A DNA stretch of 33,308 nt from an uncultured Actinomycetes bacterium (GTDB lineage: Bacteria > Actinomycetota > Thermoleophilia > Miltoncostaeales > Miltoncostaeaceae): positions 1-33,308 of the forward strand of contig CALMEC010000065.1 of the NCBI GenBank assembly GCA_937862675.1. Direction: 5' to 3'. Each line of letters begins with the position of its first letter. Position 1 is the first letter of the stretch. Positions 32,163 through 33,308 of this stretch are shown here, one piece after another. The notes beneath the pieces are model-generated. The model was not told the DNA's origin. It saw only the letters and a list, made by a program, of their open reading frames with translations, and made no database searches. Made by a program: the position numbers and the translations under genes.

Positions 32163-32268
32163 AGTCCCCCTCCTTCGGTTGTGGTGCGCGCTCCGTTCGG
32201 GTGCGGACGTCGCACCGCGAACCTATGACCCGTCGCGGAGGGGCCACAAGCACCACATGGCCGAATCG

Positions 32269-32293
32269 GGGTGAAATTCACCCGTTCGGGTGA
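32269..32293. promoter_or_regulatory. Palindrome copy C with an extra arm (upstream of ADH2)
   Basis: GGGTGA-AAT-TCACCC-GTTC-GGGTGA. The core TCACCCGTTCGGGTGA is at 32278..32293. A half-site CGTTCGGGTG is at 32194..32203, and a TAGGTT -10-like hexamer lies on the minus strand at 32225..32220. Confidence 0.55.
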
Positions 32294-32315
32294 GCGGGAG
32301 GATCATCCGGGCCGT

Positions 32316-32723
32316 TCAGCCGGCCGGCGACACCCCGTACTCCTCGTCGCTGACCAGCTCTCCCCATGCGACGTGACTGCCCGCCGCGTCGGTCTCGTGC
32401 ATGGCGACGTGGGTCATGAAACGGGACGGGGCCGCCCCGTGCCAGTGCTCCTCGCCGGGCTCGAAGTACACGCGGTCGCCCGGGCGGATCTCCTCGACCG
32501 GACCGCCCCGCCTCTGACAGCGGCCGACCCCGTGCGTGACGTAGATGGTCTGGCCCAGCGGATGGGTGTGCCACGCGGTGCGGGCACCGGGGGTGAAGTG
32601 GACGAACACGGCCCGAAGCGACGACGGCGGCGTCGGGACGACGATGGTGTCGACGAAGACGTCACCGGTGAAGTAGTCGGCCGGCGCCCGGCTCGTGTCG
32701 GCGTCTCCGCGTGTGATGTCCAT
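32316..32723 (-). CDS. Cupin-domain protein (135 aa)
   Basis: ATG 32723 within track ORF 32316..33227. It has the two cupin motifs GARTAWHTHPLGQTIYV and GDRVYFEPGEEHWHGA. The upstream part of the track ORF is Arg/Pro-rich and is not supported. Confidence 0.75.
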   Translation of the reverse strand: MDITRGDADTSRAPADYFTGDVFVDTIVVPTPPSSLRAVFVHFTPGARTAWHTHPLGQTIYVTHGVGRCQRRGGPVEEIRPGDRVYFEPGEEHWHGAAPSRFMTHVAMHETDAAGSHVAWGELVSDEEYGVSPAG

Positions 32724-32878
32724 CGTGTGGCCCCCTGTCGGCGGGAAGAACGTGTGGGGGGAGTCTGCCAGGCGGGATCCGCACCCGGCTCGCCGGCTCC
32801 CGACGGAGGCGACGACGCGCGCCGATGGTCCCCCGGACCGCACCGTGCGGCGATCCGGGGAGACCACCGGGTCCCGGA

Positions 32879-33082
32879 CTACTTGGAGACCGGGACGAAG
32901 CCCGCGGTGCGCAGGGCCTCCTGACCTGCGGTGTCGGTCACCCTGGCGATGAAGGCGGCGGCCTCCTTCGGGTGCTTCGTCCGCTTCACGACGGCGATCT
33001 GGTAGCTGATGGGCGGCTGTGCTGAGGCGGGGATCTCGATGACCCTCACCTTGTCTGCCACGGGCCGGGCGTCGGTCGCCGG
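32879..33082 (-). pseudogene. modA: C-terminal remnant of a molybdate-binding protein gene (modA-like)
   Basis: The translation ..ATDARPMADKVRVIEIPASAQPPISYQIAVVKRTKHPKEAAAFIARVTDTAGQEALRTAGF matches only the last 65 residues or so of ModA-type periplasmic binding proteins. No N-terminal two-thirds exists upstream, and the frame hits a stop at 33131..33133. Confidence 0.6.
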
Positions 33083-33308
33083 CCCCGACGGGCCGATCGA
33101 CTTGAGACGGAAGAGTTTCGACGTCCTGAGCTATCTCGTCGACCATCCGGATCGTATCGTTTCCAAGCAGGAATTGATGGCGGCCGTCTGGCCAAATCTC
33201 GTGGTCGGCGACGACTCGCTCGCCCAATGCATCAGCGACATCCGCCGCGCGTTCGGACCAACGGCGCGCGACGTCATCAAGACGGTGCCGCGGCGCGGCT
33301 ACATGCTG
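33039..33308 (+). CDS. Partial gene for an OmpR/PhoB-type winged-helix (Trans_reg_C) DNA-binding protein, running off the window
   Basis: Frame open from 33006 to the window end, and not in the ORF track because it has no stop. From 33099 it reads DLRRKSFDVLSYLVDHPDRIVSKQELMAAVWPNLVVGDDSLAQCISDIRRAFGPTARDVIKTVPRRGYML, a textbook wHTH output domain. The start (ATG 33039 or 33009) is doubtful because the usual first 20 residues or so of the domain are missing. Confidence 0.6.
   Translation, partial: MTLTLSATGRASVAGPDGPIDLRRKSFDVLSYLVDHPDRIVSKQELMAAVWPNLVVGDDSLAQCISDIRRAFGPTARDVIKTVPRRGYML

Noticed and set aside
32278-32293. Palindrome copy C read as just the rho-independent terminator of the cupin gene
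   Set aside because: It could form a 6-bp hairpin followed by ATTT on the minus strand, so this reading is not excluded. However, the same 16-mer occurs in two divergent promoter regions (29086..29101 and 26788..26803) where no terminator is expected. An operator role is therefore favoured.
32879-33061. The 60-aa ORF as an intact small gene
   Set aside because: Its sequence is simply the C-terminal end of a ModA-type binding protein, and homology continues upstream of its Met without a start. It is better explained as a gene remnant.
32724-33227. Upstream two-thirds of the 303-aa minus ORF 32316..33227
   Set aside because: Only the last 135 codons encode a cupin fold. The upstream part is low-complexity, crosses the modA remnant in another frame, and crosses the compositional junction.

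Overview
This is a high-GC bacterial chromosomal segment that looks actinobacterial in gene content and signals: GGAGG-type SDs, TANNNT -10 boxes, many 4-nt start/stop overlaps and GC-rich hairpin terminators. The taxon cannot be determined from the sequence. I can support about 31 protein-coding genes. I saw no rRNA, tRNA, CRISPR array, transposase, integrase or phage gene.

Layout from left to right:
1. Two tandem acetoacetate-decarboxylase (ADC)-family paralogs sit back to back with a DctP-type TRAP transporter (lipoprotein receptor plus fused DctQM permease). The two units have near-consensus divergent promoters.
2. A complete cofactor-F420 biosynthesis island is built from split genes. 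cofD-cofC-cofE-fprA(-like) runs on the plus strand and converges on badI/menB-like crotonase-cofG-cofH on the minus strand. Every junction within each string is a 4-nt overlap.
3. Next come an IclR regulator with a perfect palindromic operator, an aminotransferase, a MaoC hydratase, an ECF sigma/anti-sigma pair, an orphan nitroreductase-superfamily-like protein, an acyl-CoA dehydrogenase, and an SDR-GMC oxidoreductase pair.
4. Membrane proteins follow: SanA, DUF4389, DUF606 and a SatP-type acetate channel.
5. A duplicated 'NarL/LuxR response regulator + Zn-alcohol dehydrogenase' module includes one GAF histidine kinase. A 16-bp palindrome, TCACCCNTTCGGGYGA, recurs in its three intergenic regions.
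6. The right end holds a cupin gene, a C-terminal modA remnant, and an abrupt junction to a lower-GC, 5'-truncated winged-helix regulator gene at the window edge.

The leads I rate highest:
- The F420 island has a short CofE that lacks the FbiB reductase domain.
- An FprA-type flavoprotein is translationally coupled to that cofE.
- A BadI-like CoA hydrolase leads the F0-synthase operon under an IclR operator.
- The palindrome appears to define a two-component/ADH/acetate regulon.

All family assignments come from recognising motifs by eye. No database search or computation beyond hand counting was possible.
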